A DNA stretch of 55,113 nt from Candidatus Dormiibacterota bacterium (GTDB lineage: Bacteria > Chloroflexota > Dormibacteria > Dormibacterales > Dormibacteraceae): positions 1 through 55,113 of the forward strand of contig JBDUAO010000001.1 in assembly GCA_040004595.1 (NCBI GenBank), read 5' to 3'. The notes beneath the pieces were generated by a model that worked only from the letters and a program-made list of their open reading frames with translations, did not search any database and was not told the DNA's origin. The position numbers were made by a program, and so were the translations under genes. This document shows positions 10,643-18,839 of the stretch, in pieces (the first letter of the stretch is position 1; each line of letters opens with the position of its first letter).

Positions 10643-10651
10643 TGCTATATT
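10643..10651 (+). promoter_or_regulatory. candidate extended -10 promoter (TGcTATATT) for the AAA+ gene
   Basis: TGCTATATT ends 7 nt before ATG 10659. No Shine-Dalgarno sequence lies between them, which suggests a leaderless mRNA. Confidence 0.35.
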
Positions 10652-10658
10652 TCCCGCG

Positions 10659-11969
10659 ATGCTGACAGGGGCGATCGAGGCACCCAAGCGAATTGAAGAC
10701 CTGCATGTCAGGCGCGACCTCGTCGCCAGCTTGCTGCTTCGGACGCTTGCGTTCTCCGACCAACTGAGCGGAGCTGCGCTCGAGACGAGGCTGGGCTTGC
10801 CATTCGAAACCCTGCAGCCTCTCATCGAGGAGTTCCAGAAGACACAGCTGATGGACACCCTGGGCTTTTCGAACGAGCCCGCGGTGGAAGGCCGTCCGAT
10901 TCCGGTTCGCATGAACTACACGGTGTCCAGCGCCGGTCGCCAGCGCGCCGCGGAGATGTCTTCAGTGCAGACCAGGTACCTCGGACCCTGCCCCGTCAAC
11001 TTCGAGGACTATCTCTCATTGGTCCGCTCTCAGGTCACCGGCAAGGCGAATGTCACCGACTCGGCGCTGAAGAAGGCGCTTGGGACGCTGGAGCTCGAGC
11101 AGCACGTCATCGACCAGATCGGCGGCGCCATGGTGTCGCGCGCCTCCCTCTTCATCTTCGGGGCTCCCGGCAACGGCAAAAGCACGATCACCGAGCGCAT
11201 GGCGCTACTGATGGGGGCTCCGATCGAGATCCCTCACGCTGTTTCGGTGGGCGACGAGATCATCCGCGTGATCGACCCCGTCTATCACAAGATCGCCGAG
11301 GGCGAGCAGCCCATCGACAGGCGGCTGGTCAAGGTCGAGCGGCCCGTGGTGGTGGCTGGCGGTGAGCTGAAGCTGCAGCAGCTCGACCTCACCTACGACG
11401 CCTCCAACCGCTACTACGAGGCTCCTCTTCAGTGGAAGGCCAACGCCGGCGTTTTCGTGATCGACGACTTCGGCCGCCAGGAGGTGCCGCCGATGCGCCT
11501 CCTCAACCGGTTCATCGTCCCGATGGAGAAGAAGGTCGACTACCTGGACCTCTCGGCGTCAGGGCGCAAGATCGAGCTGCCTTTCCTCTGCCAGGTCGTG
11601 TTCTCCACGAACCTCTCACCCACCGAGCTCGTCGACGAGGCCTTCCTGCGCCGTATGGCTTACAAGATCGGCGTCGGCAACCCGTCGCCGGAAGCCTTCG
11701 GCCGCATTCTCAGGTATGAGTGCGACAGGCAAGGCGTGAGCTTCGATGAGAAGGCCATCGGCTACCTCCTCAACAACCTCTACGGCAAGAAGCCGCTGCG
11801 TGGATCACATCCTCGCGCGCTGATCGCTCGGCTGGTCGACCTTGCCAACTACCGGCAGGAACCGCCGAAGCTTTCACCCCAGACGCTGAAGGAGGCGTTC
11901 GACGCTTGCTTCAACCCAGCGCTGGGCAGCCTCACGGAAGACGACTGGGCAAGGCCTGCAATAAATTAG
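10659..11969 (+). CDS. AAA+ ATPase (MoxR/ChlI-like core) with about 130-aa N-terminal winged-helix-like domain
   Basis: It has Walker A GAPGNGKST and Walker B VFVIDDFGRQ. The LLNRFIVPMEKK...FSTN...DEAFLRR arrangement resembles MoxR/ChlI-type AAA+ proteins. ATG 10659 is residue 189 of the tracked ORF, and the upstream part is antisense to dinG. Confidence 0.7.
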   Translation: MLTGAIEAPKRIEDLHVRRDLVASLLLRTLAFSDQLSGAALETRLGLPFETLQPLIEEFQKTQLMDTLGFSNEPAVEGRPIPVRMNYTVSSAGRQRAAEMSSVQTRYLGPCPVNFEDYLSLVRSQVTGKANVTDSALKKALGTLELEQHVIDQIGGAMVSRASLFIFGAPGNGKSTITERMALLMGAPIEIPHAVSVGDEIIRVIDPVYHKIAEGEQPIDRRLVKVERPVVVAGGELKLQQLDLTYDASNRYYEAPLQWKANAGVFVIDDFGRQEVPPMRLLNRFIVPMEKKVDYLDLSASGRKIELPFLCQVVFSTNLSPTELVDEAFLRRMAYKIGVGNPSPEAFGRILRYECDRQGVSFDEKAIGYLLNNLYGKKPLRGSHPRALIARLVDLANYRQEPPKLSPQTLKEAFDACFNPALGSLTEDDWARPAIN

Positions 11970-11986
11970 TAAGCGCCTGGCGCTAA

Positions 11987-12016
11987 GGGAGAACCGACTG
12001 GTTCTTCCTCATATTT
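11987..12016. terminator. hairpin between convergent AAA+ and plsC genes (possible bidirectional terminator)
   Basis: GGGAGAACC-GACT-GGTTCTTCC stem-loop followed by TCATATTT on the plus strand. The U-tract is weak. Confidence 0.35.
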
Positions 12017-12034
12017 CGACTGGGGCGCGACCAG

Positions 12035-12724
12035 CTATTGACTGACGGGTTTCGTCACTCCCGCCAGTCGCAGTCGGTGGGATTCCAGGTCGCTGAAGGC
12101 GCCGCGCTGGTGAGGTGGCAGAAGCTCGGCGATCTGGACCATGATCGCGTCGGCGGCATCCTGATGCGACACCTTGGTTCCGTCCGGCCGCTTGGATGCG
12201 ACCAGGAACGGTTTGCCGAACGTGATGCTCACCGGCACCCGGTGCGGCCAGTGCGCGCCCTTCGGCAGGCACTCGCGAGTCCCGGACAGTCCCACCGGAA
12301 CGACCGGGCATCCGGCTTTTTGAGCGATGAACCCCGCGCCCGGTTCCGGGCTTGCCAACACCCCCAATTCAACCCGGGTGCCCTCGGGATAGATGATCAG
12401 TGAGTGGCCTGCCTTCAGCAGGTCGAATGAACGCTTGAGCGCCACGCGGTCAGCGGTGTGCCGCACCACCGGGAACGCGTGGTACTTGCGAAACATAAAA
12501 TCAACGATTCCGCCACCGAAATACTCCGACTTGGCCATGCTCCATGTGTCGCCTCTAGGGGTGAATGCCGGCACCATCGGCGGATCGAGCGTTGCCGAAT
12601 GGTTTGGGCAGATGATGAGCGGGCCGGTCCTCGGTACGTTTTCCAAGTCGACCACGCGAAAAAGCCCGATCAGGTACGTGCGCGTTATCGTCCGCATCAG
12701 CCAGCGCAGACATGCGTAGATCAC
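12035..12724 (-). CDS. plsC: 1-acyl-sn-glycerol-3-phosphate acyltransferase
   Basis: 229 aa with the HX4D motif (NHSATLD) and the PEGTR motif (IYPEGTR). Confidence 0.85.
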   Translation of the reverse strand: MIYACLRWLMRTITRTYLIGLFRVVDLENVPRTGPLIICPNHSATLDPPMVPAFTPRGDTWSMAKSEYFGGGIVDFMFRKYHAFPVVRHTADRVALKRSFDLLKAGHSLIIYPEGTRVELGVLASPEPGAGFIAQKAGCPVVPVGLSGTRECLPKGAHWPHRVPVSITFGKPFLVASKRPDGTKVSHQDAADAIMVQIAELLPPHQRGAFSDLESHRLRLAGVTKPVSQ

Positions 12725-12729
12725 CTGGT

Positions 12730-13374
12730 CTAGCGTCGCTCGTTGATGTGCTTGAGGATAGTGTCGACCACCTGGTCGACGGTCAGGTCATCGGTATTTA
12801 CGACTATGGCGTCTGGCGCCGGCCGTAGCGGGGCCACCGCACGTTCCGTGTCGACACGGTCCCGCGCCTCCACCTCCCTGCGCATCGCTTCTTCGTCAAC
12901 GTTCTCGCCGCGCCTGGCGTACTGCGCAGCGCGGCGGCGAACTTTCTCCCCGAGGCTCGCGGTAAGGAAGAATTTGTAGCCCGCGTCGGAAAACACAACC
13001 GTGCCGATGTCGCGACCCGCCATCACGACACCCCCCGCGCCAAGGCGCCTTTGCTGCGCGACGAGCGCCTCGCGCACACCCGGGATGGCGGAGACTCGCG
13101 GTAGGGCCTCCATATGATCGGCGTCGAAGATCCCATCGGTCACCTCGACTCCATCCGCCCAAACCCGTTCTCCGTCGACCTTGATCTCCGTGTCTCCTGC
13201 AAGCTCGGTAAGTGCGTTGACATCACTCGGATCGATGCCGCGCTCCGCGGCCAGCTTGGTCACCGTGCGATACATCAGCCCGCTGTCGACGAATGGGAGG
13301 CCGAGGGCATCGGCCACACGCTTGCCGACAGCGGATTTGCCCGAGGCCACACCGCCATCGATGGCGACTATCAC
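12730..13374 (-). CDS. cmk: cytidylate kinase
   Basis: 214 aa. It has the P-loop IDGGVASGKS followed by DSGLMYR. A GTGA overlap links it to the rluB-like stop. Confidence 0.9.
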   Translation of the reverse strand: MIVAIDGGVASGKSAVGKRVADALGLPFVDSGLMYRTVTKLAAERGIDPSDVNALTELAGDTEIKVDGERVWADGVEVTDGIFDADHMEALPRVSAIPGVREALVAQQRRLGAGGVVMAGRDIGTVVFSDAGYKFFLTASLGEKVRRRAAQYARRGENVDEEAMRREVEARDRVDTERAVAPLRPAPDAIVVNTDDLTVDQVVDTILKHINERR

Positions 13375-14087
13375 TTTTGGTCAATGTCGACCGCGCGCCT
13401 GAGCGCGGAGACCTCAGCGGCGCCGAGAAGGCGCCAGCCCCCCACTTTCAGGCGCCCAATCTTCAATGGTCCAAAGCCGACCCGGCGAAGCGAATGCACC
13501 TTGTGCCCGATCCCATGCACCATTCGGCGCACCTGCCGGTGACGACCTTCGCGGATGACAATTCTCACCTCAGCCAGGCTCGAGTCTCGGCTGCCCGGAG
13601 TGACCGCTAGCGTCTCGACCTCGGCGGGCGCGGTCACTCCATCCTCGAGCTTCACCCCAGTTCGCAGAGTCTCGAGATCGGTTGTGGTCGGGTTGCCGAT
13701 GACGGTGGCGATGTACTCCTTGGATACCTTGTAGCGCGGGTGCGTTAGACGGAAAGCGAGCTCGCCGTCATCTGTAAGCAGCAGCAGGCCGGACGTGTCG
13801 GCGTCGAGCCGTCCGACCGGAAACAGGCGGTGCCCGGCCTGTCCCTCTTCGCCCACCACGTCGAGCACGGTTGTGCGCGCCTCTTCGTCGCGAGCAGTCG
13901 TGATCACCCCAAGCGGCTTATTGATGACCACATAACGGTGGCGAGTCACAGGCTTGACGGCGTGGCCGTCGACGGTGACCACGTCCTTGTCAAGGTCGAC
14001 AAGCACGCCTGAGGGCGGCGGGATCTCGCCGTTCACGCGAACCGACCCGGAGGCGATCAGCACATCCGCCGCGCGCCGGCTGGCCAC
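13371..14087 (-). CDS. rluB: pseudouridine synthase, RsuA/RluB family (S4 domain plus catalytic domain)
   Basis: 238 aa. It has an N-terminal S4-like segment and the catalytic GRLDADTSGLLLLTDDGE motif. Confidence 0.85.
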   Translation of the reverse strand: MASRRAADVLIASGSVRVNGEIPPPSGVLVDLDKDVVTVDGHAVKPVTRHRYVVINKPLGVITTARDEEARTTVLDVVGEEGQAGHRLFPVGRLDADTSGLLLLTDDGELAFRLTHPRYKVSKEYIATVIGNPTTTDLETLRTGVKLEDGVTAPAEVETLAVTPGSRDSSLAEVRIVIREGRHRQVRRMVHGIGHKVHSLRRVGFGPLKIGRLKVGGWRLLGAAEVSALRRAVDIDQK

Positions 14088-14122
14088 CCCCGCCCTGGCG
14101 AGAAAGCGGTTAAGACGCTCCT

Positions 14123-14668
14123 TTAGCTCTCGTTCAGCGAACTCGTCGGAGATGGCCCCACCTCCATTCGGTCAAGCCGAGGAGTGGGCAGGTGATCGAG
14201 CGATTCGAGACCCATCACCTGCAGAAATCTCATCGTGGTGCCGAAGAGCCTGGGCTGGCCGGGCCCTGTGCCACGTCCGACCTCGGCGATGAGGTCGCGG
14301 AGCTCCAGGTTGGTGAGCACGCTCTCGCAGTTGACCCCGCGCACCTCTTCGATGCGTGAGCGTGGAACAGGTTGCTGGTACGCGACGATTGCCAGCGTTT
14401 CGTAGGCCGCCGGCGAGAGCCTGCCCGACACCTCCGGGCGAAGTGCGCGGCGCACCGCCGACGCGTAGGCAGGCCGCGTGGCGAGGTTCAGCTCGTCGTG
14501 GTGGCGCATCAGCATCACACCGTGCCCCTCTAGAGCCACCTTCAGCTCCTCGAGCGCCTGCTCAACAGCCGTGCGGTCGCTGCTCGTTGCCTGCTGCAGC
14601 TCGCGCAGCTTGAGCGGCCGGCTGGAGCTGAAGAGGATCGCCTCCAGCGTGGCTGACAGGTCGCTCAT
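14123..14668 (-). CDS. scpB: segregation and condensation protein B
   Basis: MSDLSATLEAILFSSSRPL... is a typical ScpB N-terminus. ATG 14668 forms an ATGA overlap with the scpA stop. The longer tracked ORF (to 14890) is a spurious extension. Confidence 0.9.
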   Translation of the reverse strand: MSDLSATLEAILFSSSRPLKLRELQQATSSDRTAVEQALEELKVALEGHGVMLMRHHDELNLATRPAYASAVRRALRPEVSGRLSPAAYETLAIVAYQQPVPRSRIEEVRGVNCESVLTNLELRDLIAEVGRGTGPGQPRLFGTTMRFLQVMGLESLDHLPTPRLDRMEVGPSPTSSLNES

Positions 14669-15405
14669 GTGGCGGTCCCCCGCGGCGGGGTTCGGGCTTC
14701 GATGTGGATCGGCCCGAATCGTTCTTTCTGGCGAACGCTGATAGCCGACCGCCTGAGCAGCTCGAGGACCGCGACGAACGTGACCACCGCCTCCAGGCGG
14801 TCCTGCGACTCGAGGATAAGCGCCAGGAGCTCGATCGGACCGTGATGCAGCCGCTCGGTAATCGAATCGAGCTTCTCGTCCAACGTCCACATCCGACCGG
14901 TGAACACCAGCGGCCGCGGCGGGATTCGCGCTAGGACGCTGTTGAACGCGACCACGAGCAGCCCAACCTCGAGTGGCTCCTCCTGGCCTGCTGCATCGAC
15001 CTGACGCGGCGGCGGCGGAAACGCAAATGGTTCGGTCTCCGCGCGGGTCATCAGGCCCTGGGCCATCTCCTTGTAGGCGCGATACTCCTCGAGACGCTGG
15101 CGCACGTCCTCCTCCCAGCCGAGCAGCTCGGTCTCCTCATCGGTGGGTACCTCACCAGGCAGCAGGCGGATCGACTTCAAGAGCAGCAATCGCGCCGCCA
15201 TCCATAGGAACTCGGCCATCTCCGCCGGGTCGGCCACCTCTCGCGCGGCCAGCTCGATCAGGTAGCTGTCGGTGACCCCGGCGAGCGACACCTCGAAGAT
15301 GTCGACCTCTTCCCGCTCGACCAATGCGAGCAGCAGCTCGAGCGGCCCCTCGAAGACAGGAGTCTTGACGTCGAGGCGCGGAGCAGCGGCAGCGTGTTCC
15401 AACAA
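14665..15405 (-). CDS. scpA: segregation and condensation protein A
   Basis: 246 aa with the FEGPLELLLALVEREEVDI motif characteristic of ScpA. TTG start. Confidence 0.9.
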   Translation of the reverse strand: MLEHAAAAPRLDVKTPVFEGPLELLLALVEREEVDIFEVSLAGVTDSYLIELAAREVADPAEMAEFLWMAARLLLLKSIRLLPGEVPTDEETELLGWEEDVRQRLEEYRAYKEMAQGLMTRAETEPFAFPPPPRQVDAAGQEEPLEVGLLVVAFNSVLARIPPRPLVFTGRMWTLDEKLDSITERLHHGPIELLALILESQDRLEAVVTFVAVLELLRRSAISVRQKERFGPIHIEARTPPRGTAT

Positions 15406-15457
15406 GCGTTAAGGATAACGACGAAGCCGTCGACGACTCGAAGGAAAGGCTGCTAGC

Positions 15458-15659
15458 GCGGCAGGGTTGGCCGGAGTCCCCCTGGCCATGACTTTGTCTT
15501 AAATCGCCTGCATGCGTCGCGAGGAGCACTTGATTAATTGATCCCATCGACATACCGGAGGAGGAGCAGGCGCGCGCGAAGCGCCCGCCGATGCATTCAG
15601 TAAGGTCAATCCTCAACGCCGCTTGCGCGCAGGGGGGACCATCCGGGTCCCCTCTCATA
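15458..15659. repeat. GC-hairpin repeat element, long copy (202 nt)
   Basis: Its ends match the short copy at 24068-24127 in inverted orientation: 28/28 nt (TATGAGAGGGGACCCGGATGGTCCCCCC) and 23/24 nt (GGGGACyCCGGCCAACCCTGCCGC). The roughly 150-nt interior is lower in GC. It fills the scpA / PIG-L intergenic gap. Confidence 0.8.
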
Positions 15660-15663
15660 CGTC

Positions 15664-16335
15664 TTATCTCAGGTTGACCTGGTGGAACCTTTCAATGCGA
15701 GCTATGGCGCGCCAACGCCGCATCAGAGACTGAGGACTCTTTGTCTGGCTCGAATGCGCCAGACGCGCTTCGATCTTCTTGGCGAGCACTCCGCCCACAT
15801 CGACTTCGAGGTTTGGCTGCAGGCCCCCGAAACACCACGCCTCGGCGGTCTCGTGCGGCGCTCCTGCTTTCGGAAATGTGAGTGGGTCGCGCGCGCTCGG
15901 CCACGCCGCATCCAGAGCGACTCGGCCCACTACGCGATGGTCGGGATGAAATCGATACGCAACATTAGGATCGAAGGTCAGCAGAATGTCCGGCTTTGAG
16001 CTGCGGATCTCGGCAACAAGCTCCTTGCGCAGATCGAGGCTTTCGACCAGCTCGGCATCGGGGTGCCTGAGAAACGCCACGCGCTTGACTCCGAGCACAC
16101 CCGCGGCGAGCTCCTGCTCGCGCTCCCGAATCTGCGCCATCTTGGCCCGAGACCTCGTTGTATCGCGCGCTCCCTTATCCCCGGAGGTGGCCAGAACGAA
16201 ATCGACGACGACACCTCGTCCAGTCATCATCAGCACAACACCTGCGCAGTAGAACTCGATGTCATCCGGGTGGGCGACGATACAGAGTGCACGCTTGATC
16301 CGCTTGTCATCAGGGCCTGAGAACAACCGCGGCAT
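15664..16335 (-). CDS. PIG-L/LmbE-family deacetylase
   Basis: 223 aa with the AHPDDIE metal-binding motif and a downstream HPDH motif. Confidence 0.8.
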   Translation of the reverse strand: MPRLFSGPDDKRIKRALCIVAHPDDIEFYCAGVVLMMTGRGVVVDFVLATSGDKGARDTTRSRAKMAQIREREQELAAGVLGVKRVAFLRHPDAELVESLDLRKELVAEIRSSKPDILLTFDPNVAYRFHPDHRVVGRVALDAAWPSARDPLTFPKAGAPHETAEAWCFGGLQPNLEVDVGGVLAKKIEARLAHSSQTKSPQSLMRRWRAIARIERFHQVNLR

Positions 16336-17921
16336 CAGCGCCTCGCCTCTTGCAACAGCTCATGCGCTCGCGCCATGGCCTTGGGCGTGACCCCCCCGCT
16401 CATCATCCGAGCCAGCTCTTTCGCACGATCCTCGTCCGACACCAGCTCTCTGACCGACACCAAGTTGCGCCCATCTTCACCTGGAACTTTCTCAACCAGG
16501 AGGTGATGGTCGGCAAAGGCAGCGATCTGCGCCAGGTGAGTGACGACCAGGACCTGGTGCCTTGCTCCCAACGCCTTGAGCCGCAAGCCCACCTGGACCG
16601 CAGCCTCGCCGCCGATTCCGGCATCGACCTCATCGAACACCAGGGTGGGCAGGCGGTCGGCGTCAGCTCCAACTGTCTTGATGGCCAGCATCAAACGGGA
16701 AAGCTCCCCGCCTGAGGCGACGCGCGCCAGCGGCGCGATCGGCTCGCCCGGGTTGGCCGAGAACATCATCTCAGCCGATTCCGCGCCGCTTGTTCCGATC
16801 TCAGGCCGAGCGCGCAGCTCCACCTCGAATCGCGCTCCCTCGAGCCGGAGGACGGTCAGCTCCGCGGCCACCGCCTCCTGCATTCTCTTGGCGGCTGTCG
16901 CGCGCGCTTTCGTCAAGCGTGACGCCGCAGCATCAAGCTCCGTGCGGTGCGCATCGCGCTCCTTCGTCGCCGCGGCCACGGCGGAGTCGAGGTCGAGCGT
17001 GGCGCCAATCTGACTTTCGAGGCGGGCGCGTTCGGCGATCGCGGCGTCGAGCGTCCCACCGTACTTGCGCTTGATCGTGTCGAGCACCGACAGGCGCGAT
17101 TCGAGAACCTCAAGCCTCGCGGGGTCCGAGTCGAGCAGGTCGCCATAACGCCTGATCTCGTCGGCAACGTCGGCGACCTCGCTCTCGACGGCTGCCAGCC
17201 GGGAAGCCAGGTCGCGCAATCGAGGATCGAGGTCGGCGGCTGCCGATAGCGCCGCCGCGGCGCGTGCCACACCGTCCTCCCGTAGTGCCGCGCCCGACTC
17301 CTGGCTCAGCCCCGCCAGGCGGGCGACATTGCGCACCGCGGAGCGCTCTGCGGCCAGCTCCGCGTCCTCGCCGTGCCGCGGATCGGCCAAGCGGAGCTCG
17401 TCGAGCTGCCAACGAAGGTATTCCTCCTCCCGCTGGCCACGCGAGCGAAGCCTTTCGAGATCGGCGAGGGCGGTGACCGAAACCGTCCATCCAAGATGAG
17501 CTGCCGCGACCGCGACCCTCAGGTCATTGGCGCCGGCGTAGCCATCGAGCAGATCTGTTTGCGTGTCGGAGTCGAGTAGCGCCTGATGCTCGTGCTGTCC
17601 GTGCAGAGCGACCAGCCCACGCCCCAGCTCGCGCAGCTGGCTCGGGTTGGCGGCACGGCCATCGATTCGCGCGGAGCTGCGCTTGCCGATCTCCCGCTGC
17701 AACACGACCGAATCGAAAACCCCTTCGATCGTGGCCTTGTCGGCGCCGTGGCGGACGAGGTCCGCGCCGCCTCGGTCCCCAAGGGTTAACCCGAGGGCGT
17801 CGACGATAAGCGACTTTCCGCTTCCTGTCTCCCCTGTGAGCAGGTTTAGTCCGGGGCCGAAACGCACCCGAGACTCCGCGACGAGGGCCAGGTCGCGAAC
17901 CTTGAGCTCCCTCAGCATCAC
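16335..17921 (-). CDS. recN: DNA repair protein RecN
   Basis: 528 aa. It has the N-terminal Walker A LLTGETGSGKS, a long coiled-coil middle and C-terminal SGGELSR / VFDEVDAGIGG motifs. ATG 17918 lies one codon inside the tracked GTG 17921. Confidence 0.95.
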   Translation of the reverse strand: MMLRELKVRDLALVAESRVRFGPGLNLLTGETGSGKSLIVDALGLTLGDRGGADLVRHGADKATIEGVFDSVVLQREIGKRSSARIDGRAANPSQLRELGRGLVALHGQHEHQALLDSDTQTDLLDGYAGANDLRVAVAAAHLGWTVSVTALADLERLRSRGQREEEYLRWQLDELRLADPRHGEDAELAAERSAVRNVARLAGLSQESGAALREDGVARAAAALSAAADLDPRLRDLASRLAAVESEVADVADEIRRYGDLLDSDPARLEVLESRLSVLDTIKRKYGGTLDAAIAERARLESQIGATLDLDSAVAAATKERDAHRTELDAAASRLTKARATAAKRMQEAVAAELTVLRLEGARFEVELRARPEIGTSGAESAEMMFSANPGEPIAPLARVASGGELSRLMLAIKTVGADADRLPTLVFDEVDAGIGGEAAVQVGLRLKALGARHQVLVVTHLAQIAAFADHHLLVEKVPGEDGRNLVSVRELVSDEDRAKELARMMSGGVTPKAMARAHELLQEARR

Positions 17922-17957
17922 TTCAGCTCGCGCAGCGCCACTTCGGCTCGCGCAGCG
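17898..17957. repeat. three tandem 20-nt units spanning the recN start
   Basis: On the minus strand the units are CGCTGCGCGAGCCGAAGTGG, CGCTGCGCGAGCTGAAGTGA and TGCTGAGGGAGCTCAAGGTT. Matches are 18/20 and 13/20. The third unit is the first coding 20 nt of recN. Confidence 0.8.
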
Positions 17958-18839
17958 TCATTTCATGGGCACAAGGGGTCGCCCCCAACCAAGCTTTTCG
18001 CCCAAGCGGCGATAGAAGGCTTCGGGTGGGCTGAAGCGGACGACCTTGAGGCGGCGAGCATGAGAGCCGCAACGCAAACTGTCGCCAGTCTCGACCGCGC
18101 TGCTCCGACGCGCCCCATCGACTCGCATCTCTGCGGGTCCTCGCACGATCGCCAGGCTGATGTCCTGGCCCGGCGGAAACACGATAGGCCGCACGGTCAG
18201 GGCAAATGGGTTCATCGGCACGACGACGAGATCGCGGAGCGTCGGCTCCAGGATCGGCCCACCGCTGGCGAGGGCGTAGGCGGTCGAGCCGGTGGCGGTG
18301 GCGACCATGACGCCATCAGCGTCGATGACCCCCACGGCCTGGCCCGCGACGTCGATCTCGACTCGAAGCATTCGAGCGTCGCCGGCGCGGTTCACCACCA
18401 CCTCGTTGAGGCCGATCGCGCGCACGATGTCTTGGTTGTCCCGACGCAATGTCACCTGGAGGATCGTCCTCTCCTCGATTCGATAGGAACCCGTGAAGAA
18501 GCGAGCCAGACCGTCTTCGATCTCATGCGACTCGATCTCGGTCAGGAAGCCGAGGCGGCCGAGGTTGATTCCGAGAATCGGAATGCCGCGTGGCGCTGCG
18601 AGCCGCGCGCCGGCCAGGAATGTGCCGTCTCCGCCCAGGGTCACCATCAGAGTCGTGCCCTTGAGCTGGGCCCCGACTCCACCTTCCGGACCGTCCCTGT
18701 CGGCCTCCCACGATTCGACTTTGCGTGCCGTGAGAGCCTTGATCGTCGTTTCGATCGCGGACCGGTCCGCGTGAGGCGCGCGAAGGATGCAAACGTTGTG
18801 CTGAGGCGCGGCCGGCCGGCGCTCTGTGGTGGGGCTCAC
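17958..18839 (-). CDS. nadK: NAD+ kinase
   Basis: It has the GGDGTFL motif and a downstream NAD-kinase-type region (NEVVV, ATGSTAY). GTG 18839 forms a GTGA overlap with the tlyA stop. The tracked ORF (to 18938) is probably too long. Confidence 0.9.
   Translation of the reverse strand: MSPTTERRPAAPQHNVCILRAPHADRSAIETTIKALTARKVESWEADRDGPEGGVGAQLKGTTLMVTLGGDGTFLAGARLAAPRGIPILGINLGRLGFLTEIESHEIEDGLARFFTGSYRIEERTILQVTLRRDNQDIVRAIGLNEVVVNRAGDARMLRVEIDVAGQAVGVIDADGVMVATATGSTAYALASGGPILEPTLRDLVVVPMNPFALTVRPIVFPPGQDISLAIVRGPAEMRVDGARRSSAVETGDSLRCGSHARRLKVVRFSPPEAFYRRLGEKLGWGRPLVPMK

Noticed and set aside
10095-10658. Long N-terminal extension of the AAA+ ORF (188 aa), and the reciprocal extension of the dinG ORF to 10912
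   Set aside because: The two extensions are antisense to each other's real coding sequence. They are Ser/Arg/Ala-rich low-complexity translations typical of off-frame high-GC DNA. Conserved domains begin only after 10659 (plus strand) and below 10549 (minus strand).
15152-15658. 168-aa ORF starting MRGDPDGPP, with the related peptide in ORF 23997-24269
   Set aside because: The shared peptide results from a 28-nt nucleotide repeat. The second conserved end is read in different frames in the two copies, and the ORF then runs out of frame through scpA. The similarity is at nucleotide level and does not indicate a protein.
17922-18000. LexA/SOS box upstream of recN (also checked upstream of dinG)
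   Set aside because: No GAAC-N4-GTTC or CTGT-N8-ACAG-like palindrome is visible. The region is occupied by the nadK 3' end and the 20-nt repeats.
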